The position numbers and the translations under genes were made by a program. The notes under the pieces were generated by a model. It had not been told where the DNA came from, made no database searches, and saw nothing but the letters and a program-made list of their open reading frames with translations. From IMG/VR virus record IMGVR_UViG_3300044983_000133, positions 1 through 47,739 of that record: a stretch of DNA of 47,739 nucleotides; one strand, 5' to 3'. Of the stretch, positions 25,161 to 34,787 are shown one piece after another. The first letter of the stretch is position 1; every line of letters begins with the position of its first letter. Source of the DNA: a virus. Lineage: Duplodnaviria; Caudoviricetes.

Positions 25161-25771
25161 TACGGCTTCCACCAATCCACGGGCTCACTGCTTCCCCCGT
25201 TGTAGTACGCCTGCATCCCAGGCCCCACGCCGGATCCACCGCTCGGATCACGCGGCGTGCCCGAGAACCCGGTGAAGTAGCCCGGATCGCTTGGCAGAAA
25301 CGGTTGTTCCCACGGCAAGCCGCTCGACCAACTGACCTGCGGTGGCTGGTCGTAGCCGACGCCGGTCGTATTCGGTCCCATCAGCGACCCGCCGGCATTC
25401 GGCTGATTGCCTTGCACGGTTGATGGCCCACCACGACCGAAGAGGCGTTTCAAGCCGTTGATCAGCGCGCCGAGATCGCCACCCGCTGACGAGGCCCCGC
25501 CTTTCGCGAGCATCGCCGCAATCGCCGCGGCAATCGCGGTCCCCGCGACCGGCACCCCACTACCGCCGCCGCTGCCCGCTGCGCCCATATTGATCGGTGG
25601 CGCGGACGACGGCGCGGTCATCGCATTGCGCGCATAGGTCGGCGCGAGGCGTGTCGCCATTGCCAACGCCGCCTGATGGATCGGATCCGTCCGCGCAATC
25701 CGCCCGGTCGTGAGGTCCAGGAGCGAATTGATGCGCACTTGCGTCCCCGGATCGAATGGTGCGTCAGCCAT
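25160..25771 (-). CDS. putative virion/pilot protein, Gly/Pro-rich
   Basis: GGAAGGA RBS; synteny. Confidence 0.5.
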   Translation of the reverse strand: MADAPFDPGTQVRINSLLDLTTGRIARTDPIHQAALAMATRLAPTYARNAMTAPSSAPPINMGAAGSGGGSGVPVAGTAIAAAIAAMLAKGGASSAGGDLGALINGLKRLFGRGGPSTVQGNQPNAGGSLMGPNTTGVGYDQPPQVSWSSGLPWEQPFLPSDPGYFTGFSGTPRDPSGGSGVGPGMQAYYNGGSSEPVDWWKP

Positions 25772-25772
25772 G

Positions 25773-26144
25773 TCATCCTTCCACGAGCAACGTGAACGGC
25801 GCGTCGGATTCCGTCGACGTGAGATAGATCCGCTTGTCGTCTGCCGCGCGCTGCACGGTCAACGGCACGATCGACGACCCAACCGCATCCAACCGCAACC
25901 CCGCAATCGCGAGATACGGCGTGCGCCCGAAGCCGTGCGCGATCGTCACCGTATCGCCCGGCGCACTCGGCGTCGTGCCGTATAAAAACGCCCCGCCGAA
26001 GTTCACCAACGGATCGTTGGTCTCACCGGTCGGATGACCGAACCTCAGATCGCGCAGAAACGCCCGGAAGATCCGCAACATCGTCGGTTGCAGATTCGCC
26101 GGGAGCGTCTTGATCTCGTTTTCGACCGTGCCGAGCGCCGCCAT
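25773..26144 (-). CDS. small tail-associated protein
   Basis: VTIAHGFGRTP motif seen in phage tail proteins. Confidence 0.6.
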   Translation of the reverse strand: MAALGTVENEIKTLPANLQPTMLRIFRAFLRDLRFGHPTGETNDPLVNFGGAFLYGTTPSAPGDTVTIAHGFGRTPYLAIAGLRLDAVGSSIVPLTVQRAADDKRIYLTSTESDAPFTLLVEG

Positions 26145-26145
26145 C

Positions 26146-26928
26146 TCAGAACACCTTCCGGGCGATCATTTGGCACTGCAAATCGCGGGTCGCCGCGTGG
26201 CCGATGTTCATGGCGCCCGTCGAACTCTGATACGCCAACACTTCGATGTAGTCCGCTGCTGCCAACGTCCCCGACCAAATGTTCAATACGACGGGCTGAT
26301 CCGCTGAGCCGAAGTTCGACCCGTTCGGCGGCAGCGCCACCCGCGTCCCGACACTCGTCGTGCCGTTCTTGCGAAACCGTGTGTAGCGGTTCCCGGTGGC
26401 ATTCGCGGCGAACGACACATGCGCGATGAACTCGTAGAACCCATCCCCTCCCGTCGGTACGGTGAACCGTGATGTGTTGCTGCTCGTGTCGTGCATCGCG
26501 CCCACGTCTACGTCTTCGGTGTTGAACGTCACCGCCGTTTCGGTGGAGTCGGACAAACTCTGCGTCGTGTTCATATAGGCGACACAGCGCGGTTGCGTGA
26601 TGAAATCCACGAACTGCGTCGAGTCAATCCCGAGCGCTTTTGTGCCGCCGGTCGCGAAGTCGAGCGCATCCGCCCCGGAGCGATAGACGCCCGTGTTGGT
26701 GTCGGAATTGAAACTGATCCCAGGCGCGCTGACGCTGCCATCACCCGCTTTGAACACCGACCCGTTCGTTGGCACACCCGTGCCACCGATTTGTCCGGAC
26801 CGCAGGTCCGCTTCGATCGCGACGACTTCATCTTGCAGGTCGTTGATGTGCGCCGCGAAGATCGTCGAGGTCGGACCGTCACTCTTCGTCGTGAACGATT
26901 TCGTGGCAGAGGGATAGGACGCAGCCAT
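26146..26928 (-). CDS. tail fibre with a C1q/TNF-like C-terminal domain
   Basis: AAHINDLQDEVVAIE; DGSVSAPGISF.SDTNTG fibre motif; RFTVP...GFYEF...L.A.DYIEV. Confidence 0.8.
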   Translation of the reverse strand: MAASYPSATKSFTTKSDGPTSTIFAAHINDLQDEVVAIEADLRSGQIGGTGVPTNGSVFKAGDGSVSAPGISFNSDTNTGVYRSGADALDFATGGTKALGIDSTQFVDFITQPRCVAYMNTTQSLSDSTETAVTFNTEDVDVGAMHDTSSNTSRFTVPTGGDGFYEFIAHVSFAANATGNRYTRFRKNGTTSVGTRVALPPNGSNFGSADQPVVLNIWSGTLAAADYIEVLAYQSSTGAMNIGHAATRDLQCQMIARKVF

Positions 26929-26930
26929 GT

Positions 26931-28841
26931 CTAGAGTCCAGATGCGAACAGATCGGGATTCACGCCCAACGTGTAAGTGAACAACCGGAATGCTTCCTGC
27001 CCGGTATAGGTGGCCGTCAGAAACACCGTGAGCCCTTCCGCTTCCAACGGGAAATCCAAGGGTTTGCGTACCCGACTCGCCCCGCCGTACGTGGCCGTCC
27101 CATAGACCGAGGTCCCATAGACCGAGGTCGAGCCGCTGATGTCGACGTTCTGCGAGCCAAAACTCACGTTGTCGACGGCGAGTTCAATCCCGAAGACCCC
27201 GCCATGCGGCTCGAATTCCACGGCGCCATCCACGATGCTCGCGATCTTCCCGCCCATCGAAAACGTCGGCCCGGTGTAGGTCGCAACCATGTCCGACCCG
27301 TTCGCCGTCGTGCCCGTCCGTTCCTCGAACAACTTCCCGATCGTTTGCGACCAGGAGAACAAGCGGCCCCGATTGCCGACCGTGGGTTCGTTGCCGTCCC
27401 ACTTGAGATAGCCGCCAATCTCGCGATCCGTCGTCGTCCACGCCGGCACGTCTTGCAGCCGGGTCCGTTCCAGATCGAGCAGCCATTCCCCCGGTGTCCC
27501 GAACGGATAGAGATTCGTCACCGCAATCGCGACTTCTTTCGCCGCTTGGTGGTAGCACACCGCTGTTTTTGCGAGGTCTGCGGCCGTCGCGCTCTTGATG
27601 TATTTCCGCCACCCGATTTCCGTTGGGGCAAAGCCGTCGACATCGTTCGACAGCAAGCGATCGGTCGCGCCATCGAACAAGTAGATCCCATCGCCAGAGG
27701 CGTGGATAATGCCCTCCTCGAGCGCATCGACTGCCCGTGGTCCTAACGCCCCCGCCTGTGCCGACCCAGACGGCCGCACTTCGAAATCCAGCGACGTCTG
27801 CCCGATGATCAGGAACGGCTTGCTTTGTCCCCACACGGTCAGCGTGTCGCCTTGCGGAATGATCGCGGCGATGTCATCCCCGCGCTCGAACGGGATGTCG
27901 ATCGTGAAATCGTCCGGCCAGCTTTGCGGCTCGAAAATCTGCGTGAAGCGAATGCGGTTCTTGACGACCGCATCCCGTGCCCACCACCGATTTTTCCAGA
28001 CCACGGCGAACGACAGCAGCTCCGGCACATCATGATCGGACGGCGCTTCGACTTCGGCGCCCCAGGCGTTCGCCGTCACGTCATAGGTCGTCGTGGCGCC
28101 ACCCGGATTCGCCACCGTGCCCACGTAGCGTCGGACTTGCTCACCAGCGGTCGTATCGCGCGCGTAGACGACGAGCGTGTCGACTTGCGTGTCGGGATGT
28201 TTGGTCAGCGTCAGACGCACTGAGAGATTGCCGCCACTCGGCGTGTGCTGCACCGTCGCCGATTCGTTGCTCTCGGCCATCAATTCATCGTCACGGCCGG
28301 TGTAGCTGAATTCGTAGACATTGCCGCTGACCAAGGAGCCACCGGCAAGATTCGCCGCTGTCGGCGCCCCCGCTGGCGCGGCGATGCCGAAATTTGTCCA
28401 CGTCGTCCCATCCGTCGACTTCTTCGCCGCCGTCGTCCCGTCGAGAATCGCGACGATGTTCCGGTCGTACGGGAAGAAGAGTTGTTCCGTGCTGGACCAG
28501 CCCGTCGAGACCGCCGACCCCCAGACGCCCCCATCGGTCGGTTTGTAGACATCCCCGGCATAGGCGGCCAGCGTGAACGGATTCACCAGTCCGAGGTAGA
28601 TGCGCTGCGCCCCTTGCGGCCGCGAGGAGCCGAGCGAGGTCGTCGAGAAACCCAGATAGCCCGGAAACACAATGAGAGCCCCCGGCTCGCGCAGACTCCA
28701 ATTGCGCAGCACGCGGGCGCGATTCGGCTTCAACAGCGTCGCGGCTTTTCGCTGGTCCAATCCGGCAGACAAGTCCTCCACCGGCACCTCGAAATAGGCG
28801 CCGCGCTGACTGACCCGACGGGCTTTGAGACTCTCAGCCAT
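26931..28841 (-). CDS. tail tubular protein B / nozzle (P22 gp10-like)
   Basis: 636 aa, beta-rich; N-terminal LSAGLD...A..LRNW; IRFTQIFEPQSWP; position after the adaptor. Confidence 0.7.
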   Translation of the reverse strand: MAESLKARRVSQRGAYFEVPVEDLSAGLDQRKAATLLKPNRARVLRNWSLREPGALIVFPGYLGFSTTSLGSSRPQGAQRIYLGLVNPFTLAAYAGDVYKPTDGGVWGSAVSTGWSSTEQLFFPYDRNIVAILDGTTAAKKSTDGTTWTNFGIAAPAGAPTAANLAGGSLVSGNVYEFSYTGRDDELMAESNESATVQHTPSGGNLSVRLTLTKHPDTQVDTLVVYARDTTAGEQVRRYVGTVANPGGATTTYDVTANAWGAEVEAPSDHDVPELLSFAVVWKNRWWARDAVVKNRIRFTQIFEPQSWPDDFTIDIPFERGDDIAAIIPQGDTLTVWGQSKPFLIIGQTSLDFEVRPSGSAQAGALGPRAVDALEEGIIHASGDGIYLFDGATDRLLSNDVDGFAPTEIGWRKYIKSATAADLAKTAVCYHQAAKEVAIAVTNLYPFGTPGEWLLDLERTRLQDVPAWTTTDREIGGYLKWDGNEPTVGNRGRLFSWSQTIGKLFEERTGTTANGSDMVATYTGPTFSMGGKIASIVDGAVEFEPHGGVFGIELAVDNVSFGSQNVDISGSTSVYGTSVYGTATYGGASRVRKPLDFPLEAEGLTVFLTATYTGQEAFRLFTYTLGVNPDLFASGL

Positions 28842-29350
28842 CAGACAAATCGGTTCCGGCCACGCGGATCGAATCCACCGCCCATCGGCGCGGGCGGCGT
28901 CGGCGACGGTTCATCGGTCCACGGCATCGGCACACGCGTGCTCGGCGTATCTCCGGGAGTAATCTTTGGGTCGGGTGGCGCAGAGGGGAACGTCGGCGCG
29001 CGCGGATTCTCGCCGCGGAAGAAATCGCGGAGATCGGGCGTCATCCCTCCCGAGTCATCGGGATATGTCGCGATCGGACGTTCCACCCCACCACCCATGG
29101 CCTGCAGCAAGGCTTGAATCACCGCCGCCTGCGGATTGAAGCCGGGCGGCAAGGCGGCCGATCCAGGACTCGTCAGCAAGCGCCGTGGCGCGAGACTCTG
29201 GGCGCCCAACACGCGCGGGAGATGCAGGCTGAGGATCTTGAACGCTTGCGCGAGATCCGAGCCGCCCGGTCCTTCCAAGGCGCCGCGCTGCGGTCCCTGC
29301 GCCGCATTGTCAGCCGAGGGAATGAACGTCACACCAATGGGGTTCGGCAT
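28841..29350 (-). CDS. Pro-rich hypothetical virion-module protein
   Basis: TGATG overlap with the nozzle gene. Confidence 0.55.
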   Translation of the reverse strand: MPNPIGVTFIPSADNAAQGPQRGALEGPGGSDLAQAFKILSLHLPRVLGAQSLAPRRLLTSPGSAALPPGFNPQAAVIQALLQAMGGGVERPIATYPDDSGGMTPDLRDFFRGENPRAPTFPSAPPDPKITPGDTPSTRVPMPWTDEPSPTPPAPMGGGFDPRGRNRFV

Positions 29351-29353
29351 GCC

Positions 29354-29557
29354 CTAGCCTCGCGTCAACGGCCCGCTGTAGGCCGGGAGGTCTTCCGTCC
29401 GCACCAAGGGGCCCGTCGCCACCCCGCGAATCGTCGGTTTCGGCATGTTCACAACTCGACGGACGGGTTGATTGCCATGCAGCCGACAGATCGGCGCCTT
29501 GTCGTCTTCGAACACGATCCGACAGCCACAGGCCAACAGCAATTCAGGGGTCGGCAT
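29354..29557 (-). CDS. small hypothetical protein (CGC...CxxH)
   Basis: TAATG overlap. Confidence 0.6.
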   Translation of the reverse strand: MPTPELLLACGCRIVFEDDKAPICRLHGNQPVRRVVNMPKPTIRGVATGPLVRTEDLPAYSGPLTRG

Positions 29558-30318
29558 TAGGGCACACTCCGCGGATCAAAGCGTCGTTGGGGTTCGCTGA
29601 ACCGCCGCCGATACGTGGCCGCGAACTGCACGCGCTCGCCCCCTTTCGGTTTCTCCACGCCCAGAAACTTCGACATTTCCGCCTGATACAGCTGGAACAT
29701 CGCCTGTTCACGCGCCGTGTCTTTCCGCAGTTTCTCGAGATCAAACGCCGCGTAGTAGACCAAGGCCCGATGCCACGGTCGCATCGATTTGATCGGGTTG
29801 CTGCTCACGGTGAACGGCTCGTCCGCATCAGCGCTCATGTCGTCCGGCACGACCACGTAGCGCACCAAGGCCGTCCACGTATCCGTGCCGGTGATGCTCG
29901 GCTTCGGATGCAGCCCGAGATAGACCGCCCCGCCATCTCGCCGCTGATAGCGCTTCTGTGGGGTGGCTGCCGCCACGGCCCGCCAATTGGGTTCTTCCAC
30001 GTCCAAGCGGGCCGGTGTCGTCACCTCCAGGTCTTTCCCCTCGACATAGCGGGTGTTCGACCCAGACACGATTTTGATGCTCACGCCATCCTTGGCAATC
30101 CACGCGAAATCCGTAATCGAGGCTTCCAGGTCGTATTCCTGCACGCCGTCTGAGAGCGATACAGAAGCTTGCCGGGTGAAACACTCGGTATCTTTGACCC
30201 ACTGGAGCTGTGCGGCGTTGATCGCCGCCTTCCGACGGACCGTGGTAAATCTTTGATTTCGATCCGTCGTCGCCAGCTCTCGGTCTAACTCCGTGCCGTA
30301 CAGTTCACTGAATTGCAT
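29557..30318 (-). CDS. head-tail adaptor / tail tubular protein A
   Basis: INAAQ...DGVQEYDL...P.P...WHRALVYYAA pattern; GGGGAG RBS before ATG 30318. Confidence 0.75.
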   Translation of the reverse strand: MQFSELYGTELDRELATTDRNQRFTTVRRKAAINAAQLQWVKDTECFTRQASVSLSDGVQEYDLEASITDFAWIAKDGVSIKIVSGSNTRYVEGKDLEVTTPARLDVEEPNWRAVAAATPQKRYQRRDGGAVYLGLHPKPSITGTDTWTALVRYVVVPDDMSADADEPFTVSSNPIKSMRPWHRALVYYAAFDLEKLRKDTAREQAMFQLYQAEMSKFLGVEKPKGGERVQFAATYRRRFSEPQRRFDPRSVP

Positions 30319-30338
30319 CTGTGTTAGACTCCCCCTCG

Positions 30339-30476
30339 ATGGGTCCATCCGAATGGGAAGTCATCGTGATGAACAGCCGACACGCTGACTGGTCGGACAT
30401 CATCGTATTCGCCGCCGGCATGGTGCTGGTGGTGCCACTGCTGATCTTTGGACTGAAACGATGGTTGCTGCATTAG
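30339..30476 (+). CDS. 45-aa single-TM micropeptide, leaderless, antisense (not in ORF track)
   Basis: TGnTAGACT (hexamer 30325-30330) with ATG 8 nt downstream; MGPSEWEVIVMNSRHADWSDIIVFAAGMVLVVPLLIFGLKRWLLH; alternative start 30369. Confidence 0.55.
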   Translation: MGPSEWEVIVMNSRHADWSDIIVFAAGMVLVVPLLIFGLKRWLLH

Positions 30477-31096
30477 CCGACTCCGAGCAGCGTCATCCGT
30501 GGCGTCGTCGCGCCCCCACCGCCCCCACCGCCGACGTCGTCCGCCACGAAGTCATCGAGCGTGAACGCATCCCCACCGTTGTAGCCGTAGAGACCCGCCG
30601 CGCCATTCGAGAAATCATTCTGCCCGGTCGCCTGCCCGACTTGCGTAAATCCCGACCCGCTATCGATATAGGCGGTCAGCGTCGTCCCGTTCGCTTCCAA
30701 TTTCAGCTTGTCGCCTGAGGTGGGCGTCCCCGTGCAGGTCTGCACGGCTGAAATGGACCCGCTGACGATCTTGCGAATTTCGTAGCCGTTCCCCGATCCC
30801 GCAAAGAACCCGAACAAGTACGCGTTCTGTCCGGTTGTTTGCACGCGCGTCGCCACACCGGCATAGGTCGCCACCGATGTCAGACTGTTGCCGCCGAGCG
30901 TCGCCTGCGCATAGTGATTGGTATTGAACGCGTCGGCGTTCCAATACATCAATTGCAACGTCGACAAGCCTTGCCCGGTCACATGATTGGACGTGAGCAC
31001 GAACTTGCTGTCCGCCACCCCATCGGGCGCGGTCCAATTGCCCGCGAGCGGCGATTCGCCCGTGCGATTGAAATCGTCTAAAACTGGCAGGCTCAT
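30473..31096 (-). CDS. ConA-like beta-sandwich virion appendage protein
   Basis: DDFNR start; GDKLKLEANGTTLTAY; poly-Gly linker and RMTLLGVG end. Confidence 0.6.
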   Translation of the reverse strand: MSLPVLDDFNRTGESPLAGNWTAPDGVADSKFVLTSNHVTGQGLSTLQLMYWNADAFNTNHYAQATLGGNSLTSVATYAGVATRVQTTGQNAYLFGFFAGSGNGYEIRKIVSGSISAVQTCTGTPTSGDKLKLEANGTTLTAYIDSGSGFTQVGQATGQNDFSNGAAGLYGYNGGDAFTLDDFVADDVGGGGGGGATTPRMTLLGVG

Positions 31097-31099
31097 GGC

Positions 31100-32557
31100 T
31101 TAGCTGTCGAGAATGTCGAACACATGAATCAACGTTTCGGGAAACGATTCGCCCGAGCGCGAGATGTCCGCCGTGTTCGCGCTCACATAGAACCGCGTGC
31201 TCCCCGGCACGCGCCACACCCCGCTCAGCCCCTTCGCCTGCAGCTTGTCCTGTGAACAGGTGCGAATGTTGTAGGTCAGCTCGACATCGATAATCTGATG
31301 TGCCTCCGTCGTGTAATCGACCGTGTCCCCGGCTTTGTTGCTGATCAAATCATCCGGGTCCATGACGATGAACGCCGGGATCGTCTTCGTGGACGAATCC
31401 CCAGCGGACGCGCACTGCACACAGCTAAACCCGTGCATGCAGGTGTCGTGACCCAAACCCACATTGCGATACCACGTGTGGCTCGCCGTCGGATCGGACC
31501 CGTCGGTGCTGTAGCCCCCGGCGAGCGTCCCCACGTAGAGCACGCCACGTTTATTCGTGCCCTCGTACCAGAACGCATCGTTCATGGAGCACATGGCGCC
31601 TTGCCACGTGCCCTTCCCACCATTCAGGAGGGGATCGACGCGCGCTTGTGGGTAGTTCGTCGGGAAATACTCCACTGGATAGGTCAAGACGCCATCGAAC
31701 TGAAACGCGCGGATCACGCCATTCCAGGAGCCGTCGAGATTGAAGTAGTTCCCCGTGCTCTGCGCGAAACTGCCGTTCATGCAGTAGTAATCGAGATAGC
31801 GATTGGCGAGCGTGATGTCATTCGCGGCATCGTGCCCACCCGGCGTCGTGGTGGTCGGCCAGTCCGCATCCCCGTAGCAGGACGGGCCAAACGGCACACT
31901 CGCATCCCCGCTGTGGGCAATGCCCCCGGTCAGCATCTTGCCGGTCGTCGGATGCTCGAAAAAGAAGTAGCTCCGATGGCCGTACCATGTCCGTCCATCC
32001 CGATCGGTCGCTTTGAACCGATACGGACCATAGCCGACGGAGGACCCGTTACTGTCATTCAGCGTCGACATCCCGACCGTCCAATCGGGATCGCCGTTCA
32101 CGTTATAGAAGTCGACGAACGACCAATAGAGCTGCTGGAGCGGCTCGGACCAGTGCAAGCAGACATGCCCGACCTTGTTGAAATTCGACGCGAAGCCGTC
32201 TTTCAAATCGCCCGCGGGATTCCAACTCGCCCGCGCCGACCCGTAAATCTGTCCCCAATTCCGCACGACACTGGCGCGCGGCGCCGAGGTATAGTCCGCG
32301 CTCGGCGAGAGGCCGGTGATGTCCAATTCCCACACATTCGGCGGCGCCGATGCGTTGATGGAATCGTAGAGAAACACGTGGGTTTGTCCGCCGACGATTC
32401 GCCCCGACATCCCGCCATACGTGGAGGTCGTATCGATGCTGCTATTCGGCATGCGGATCGCGCCGCGATAGACGATGTCCGCCGCCGTCAGCAGATCACC
32501 TGTGCTCCCCGTGGGCGGCGCGGGTCGCCGACGACGTCTGAATTTGATGCCACCCAC
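31100..32557 (-). CDS. beta-rich putative receptor-binding/tail protein
   Basis: 485 aa, aromatic/Gly/Asp-rich, propeller-like; in the fibre cluster; start uncertain. Confidence 0.55.
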   Translation of the reverse strand: MGGIKFRRRRRPAPPTGSTGDLLTAADIVYRGAIRMPNSSIDTTSTYGGMSGRIVGGQTHVFLYDSINASAPPNVWELDITGLSPSADYTSAPRASVVRNWGQIYGSARASWNPAGDLKDGFASNFNKVGHVCLHWSEPLQQLYWSFVDFYNVNGDPDWTVGMSTLNDSNGSSVGYGPYRFKATDRDGRTWYGHRSYFFFEHPTTGKMLTGGIAHSGDASVPFGPSCYGDADWPTTTTPGGHDAANDITLANRYLDYYCMNGSFAQSTGNYFNLDGSWNGVIRAFQFDGVLTYPVEYFPTNYPQARVDPLLNGGKGTWQGAMCSMNDAFWYEGTNKRGVLYVGTLAGGYSTDGSDPTASHTWYRNVGLGHDTCMHGFSCVQCASAGDSSTKTIPAFIVMDPDDLISNKAGDTVDYTTEAHQIIDVELTYNIRTCSQDKLQAKGLSGVWRVPGSTRFYVSANTADISRSGESFPETLIHVFDILDS

Positions 32558-32563
32558 AAATTC

Positions 32564-33655
32564 TTAGATTTCGACGTAGACGAGTTCGCCACCAATCGCC
32601 ACGGCGCCACTGAGATTGACGTTGAGCAGCGTATTGGACGACGTTTCGAACCAACCGACCGGATTGAACGGCGCGCAAATCCCAGTGTTGGCGACGCAGT
32701 ACTTGAGCCCCGTCAGATCGGTCCCACCCGCGCCATCTTGAAACTTCGCGTTGACCGTGCCGTTCGCCATGAAGTTGTAGGCGAGGACGCGAATTTTCTT
32801 GGGATTCACCGCCGACACGAGCGTGTTGTTGCCCGAACTGGCCGCGGCGATCTTCGCGAACTTCGGCGTCAACGCCGTCGTGTCGTTCATGATCACGTCG
32901 GTCTGGAGCGCCGCACCGATGTTGTCGGTGGTGTTGTCGACGGCCGTTGGCACGGCAGAGCCCGCCGAATCCACTTGCATCATGCGCGTCGCATGCGCCG
33001 TGGTGTCCGTCATGTCCGTGCCGCCGGAGTCTTGCGCCCCGCGCGCGATCACCCACTGCTGACCGGTCGCATTGAATTGCGGTGGAACATAATCACCGTT
33101 CGCGTTGTCGCTCGACAGGTCCGTCGGCGTACTCTGGCGCACGCCGAGGGCCATCACGCCGGTATGGCCGGACGAATGCGCCGAGTCTTCCGCCTTGCCG
33201 AGATGCGTCGCGCCCGTGCCCGGCACGACTGACGTGCCGATCGTCGCGATGTTGCCGCTTGAGTCGTTCGCGATGGTGACGCGCAACGTGCCCGTGGTCA
33301 CACTGCCGTTGCCGGCGACGGCCGTATTGCCCGCGACCTGACGGATGTCGGTCTGCACCGCCGTCATGGACGCGACGCCCTGAATGCTGATCACATCCGC
33401 TGAGGCCGTGCCAGCGGTGCCAAGCGCCGGCTGTTTCGCGGACGTCGAGGCGCCCGTTGGCAACACGCTCGTCTTGACGTTGACAAACAGGCCGTTCGTC
33501 GCATCGCCGGGAATGACGGCGGTTGAATCCGCCGTGCCGTCCACGAGTTTGATGAACTGGACGTGTGCGCCGCTGGCTAACTGGTCGGTCGCAATGACCG
33601 TATTGGTGGGGATTGTGGCCGCGGTCGCCGTCTGTGTGGTGATATTGTCGGTCAC
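32564..33655 (-). CDS. fibre/collar-like structural protein
   Basis: Thr/Ala/Gly-rich; LPTGASTSAKQ and GKAEDSAHSSG.TGVMALGVR fibre motifs. Confidence 0.65.
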   Translation of the reverse strand: MTDNITTQTATAATIPTNTVIATDQLASGAHVQFIKLVDGTADSTAVIPGDATNGLFVNVKTSVLPTGASTSAKQPALGTAGTASADVISIQGVASMTAVQTDIRQVAGNTAVAGNGSVTTGTLRVTIANDSSGNIATIGTSVVPGTGATHLGKAEDSAHSSGHTGVMALGVRQSTPTDLSSDNANGDYVPPQFNATGQQWVIARGAQDSGGTDMTDTTAHATRMMQVDSAGSAVPTAVDNTTDNIGAALQTDVIMNDTTALTPKFAKIAAASSGNNTLVSAVNPKKIRVLAYNFMANGTVNAKFQDGAGGTDLTGLKYCVANTGICAPFNPVGWFETSSNTLLNVNLSGAVAIGGELVYVEI

Positions 33656-33754
33656 TTAACGCCCTCGTCCGCGCGTGCGGTTCTGTTTCGTATAGACCGT
33701 CGTCGTGGTTCCCCCACTCACGGTCGCATTGCCAAGGAGGAGGAGCAGCGGCAT
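33656..33754 (-). CDS. 32-aa micropeptide (not in ORF track)
   Basis: Manual translation MPLLLLLGNATVSGGTTTTVYTKQNRTRGRGR; fills the gap exactly. Confidence 0.55.
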   Translation of the reverse strand: MPLLLLLGNATVSGGTTTTVYTKQNRTRGRGR

Positions 33755-33758
33755 CGCC

Positions 33759-34043
33759 TTAGTCCACAAACATCGTCAGCACGCAGGTGCCTGACGGGAA
33801 GTCTTCGATGAGCACAGAGTCGTAGAATTGCGGCGCACGACCCGCCCACAGATCGGCGTTGTCGGTCGCTGACATGACGAGATAGTCGGCAATAACCGAC
33901 CCGCCGCTATCCGTGATGCGCAGCCGATCGCCGGCACTGCCACCAGCCACTTGCATCGTCAGTCCCGCGACGAAGACCACGCCCGCGTACGTGTCCGCGT
34001 CGGCGGTGAACGTGATCGATTTGCCCTTGCGTGAGACACTCAT
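33759..34043 (-). CDS. small beta-rich structural protein
   Basis: GGAGG RBS; abuts the upstream stop. Confidence 0.6.
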   Translation of the reverse strand: MSVSRKGKSITFTADADTYAGVVFVAGLTMQVAGGSAGDRLRITDSGGSVIADYLVMSATDNADLWAGRAPQFYDSVLIEDFPSGTCVLTMFVD

Positions 34044-34787
34044 TCACGCCTCCGCTTTCACGGGACACTGGCAGATGTCCGACGGACCCACACCCGGCTG
34101 CGCGTAGTCGGCGAACCGTTCGGAGAACGTCTCGTCGATCTCGAACGCATGGAGATGTCGGATCGGGATCGTCGTATCCACCCACACATCCGAATCGGCT
34201 TCCTGCTTCAGTCGCCAGACGAATTTCGTGTCCATGCAGGCCGTGCGCACCTGCGTCTGATGGTCGATGGTTTCGAAGAACCACGGCTGGGCGAGTGTGT
34301 CGAGATGTTCCCGACGGAATAGCAAACACCCGGACCCGATGAAGTCGATGCGCTGCATGTCCCCATCGCGCGGATCAATCGGTACGACCGCATCGCGCGA
34401 CCATGCGATCGCTTGCGTGCCGCGACTCTTGAGCCGCCATGCCATCTTTTGAAACGGCTGCATATCGTCGCGGAAGTAGCCGCGCGAGGGGACGAGCGCC
34501 GAGACGACTTCGTAGCCCTCCATCACGCGCTGCCAGAGACGTTCGAGGAGATCGGGTTCGTAGACTTGATCGGCGCCGAGAATCAGCAGGAAGTCCGCGC
34601 CCCAGGTCATCGCCTTCTGACAGGCATCGAGATGCCGCTTGGCCGGACCCCAGCCCGTGCCCCTGAAAAACGACACCTCGACACCAGCCGGATGGCGCAG
34701 CTGGAGCATCGACTCCACGCTGCGCGTCCAGACGAACGGACTGCCCCAGATCCAACAGACCGCGAGTTTCGGACGTGGCGCGTCCAT
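34044..34787 (-). CDS. GT-A fold (family 2-like) glycosyltransferase
   Basis: DFLLILGADQVY; IDFIGSGCLLFRREHL..L.QPWF; MD..FV.RL...VWVDTTI..RHL. Confidence 0.78.
   Translation of the reverse strand: MDAPRPKLAVCWIWGSPFVWTRSVESMLQLRHPAGVEVSFFRGTGWGPAKRHLDACQKAMTWGADFLLILGADQVYEPDLLERLWQRVMEGYEVVSALVPSRGYFRDDMQPFQKMAWRLKSRGTQAIAWSRDAVVPIDPRDGDMQRIDFIGSGCLLFRREHLDTLAQPWFFETIDHQTQVRTACMDTKFVWRLKQEADSDVWVDTTIPIRHLHAFEIDETFSERFADYAQPGVGPSDICQCPVKAEA

Noticed and set aside
27097-27129. 15-bp tandem repeat as a regulatory or CRISPR-like array
   Set aside because: In-frame TSVYG peptide repeat inside the nozzle gene; no spacers
30512-30534. C-rich run as a phase-variation tract
   Set aside because: Interrupted run encoding a poly-Gly linker with mixed codons
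31298-33232. 644-aa plus-strand ORF
   Set aside because: Arg/Val/His-rich antisense shadow of real minus-strand tail genes in high-GC DNA
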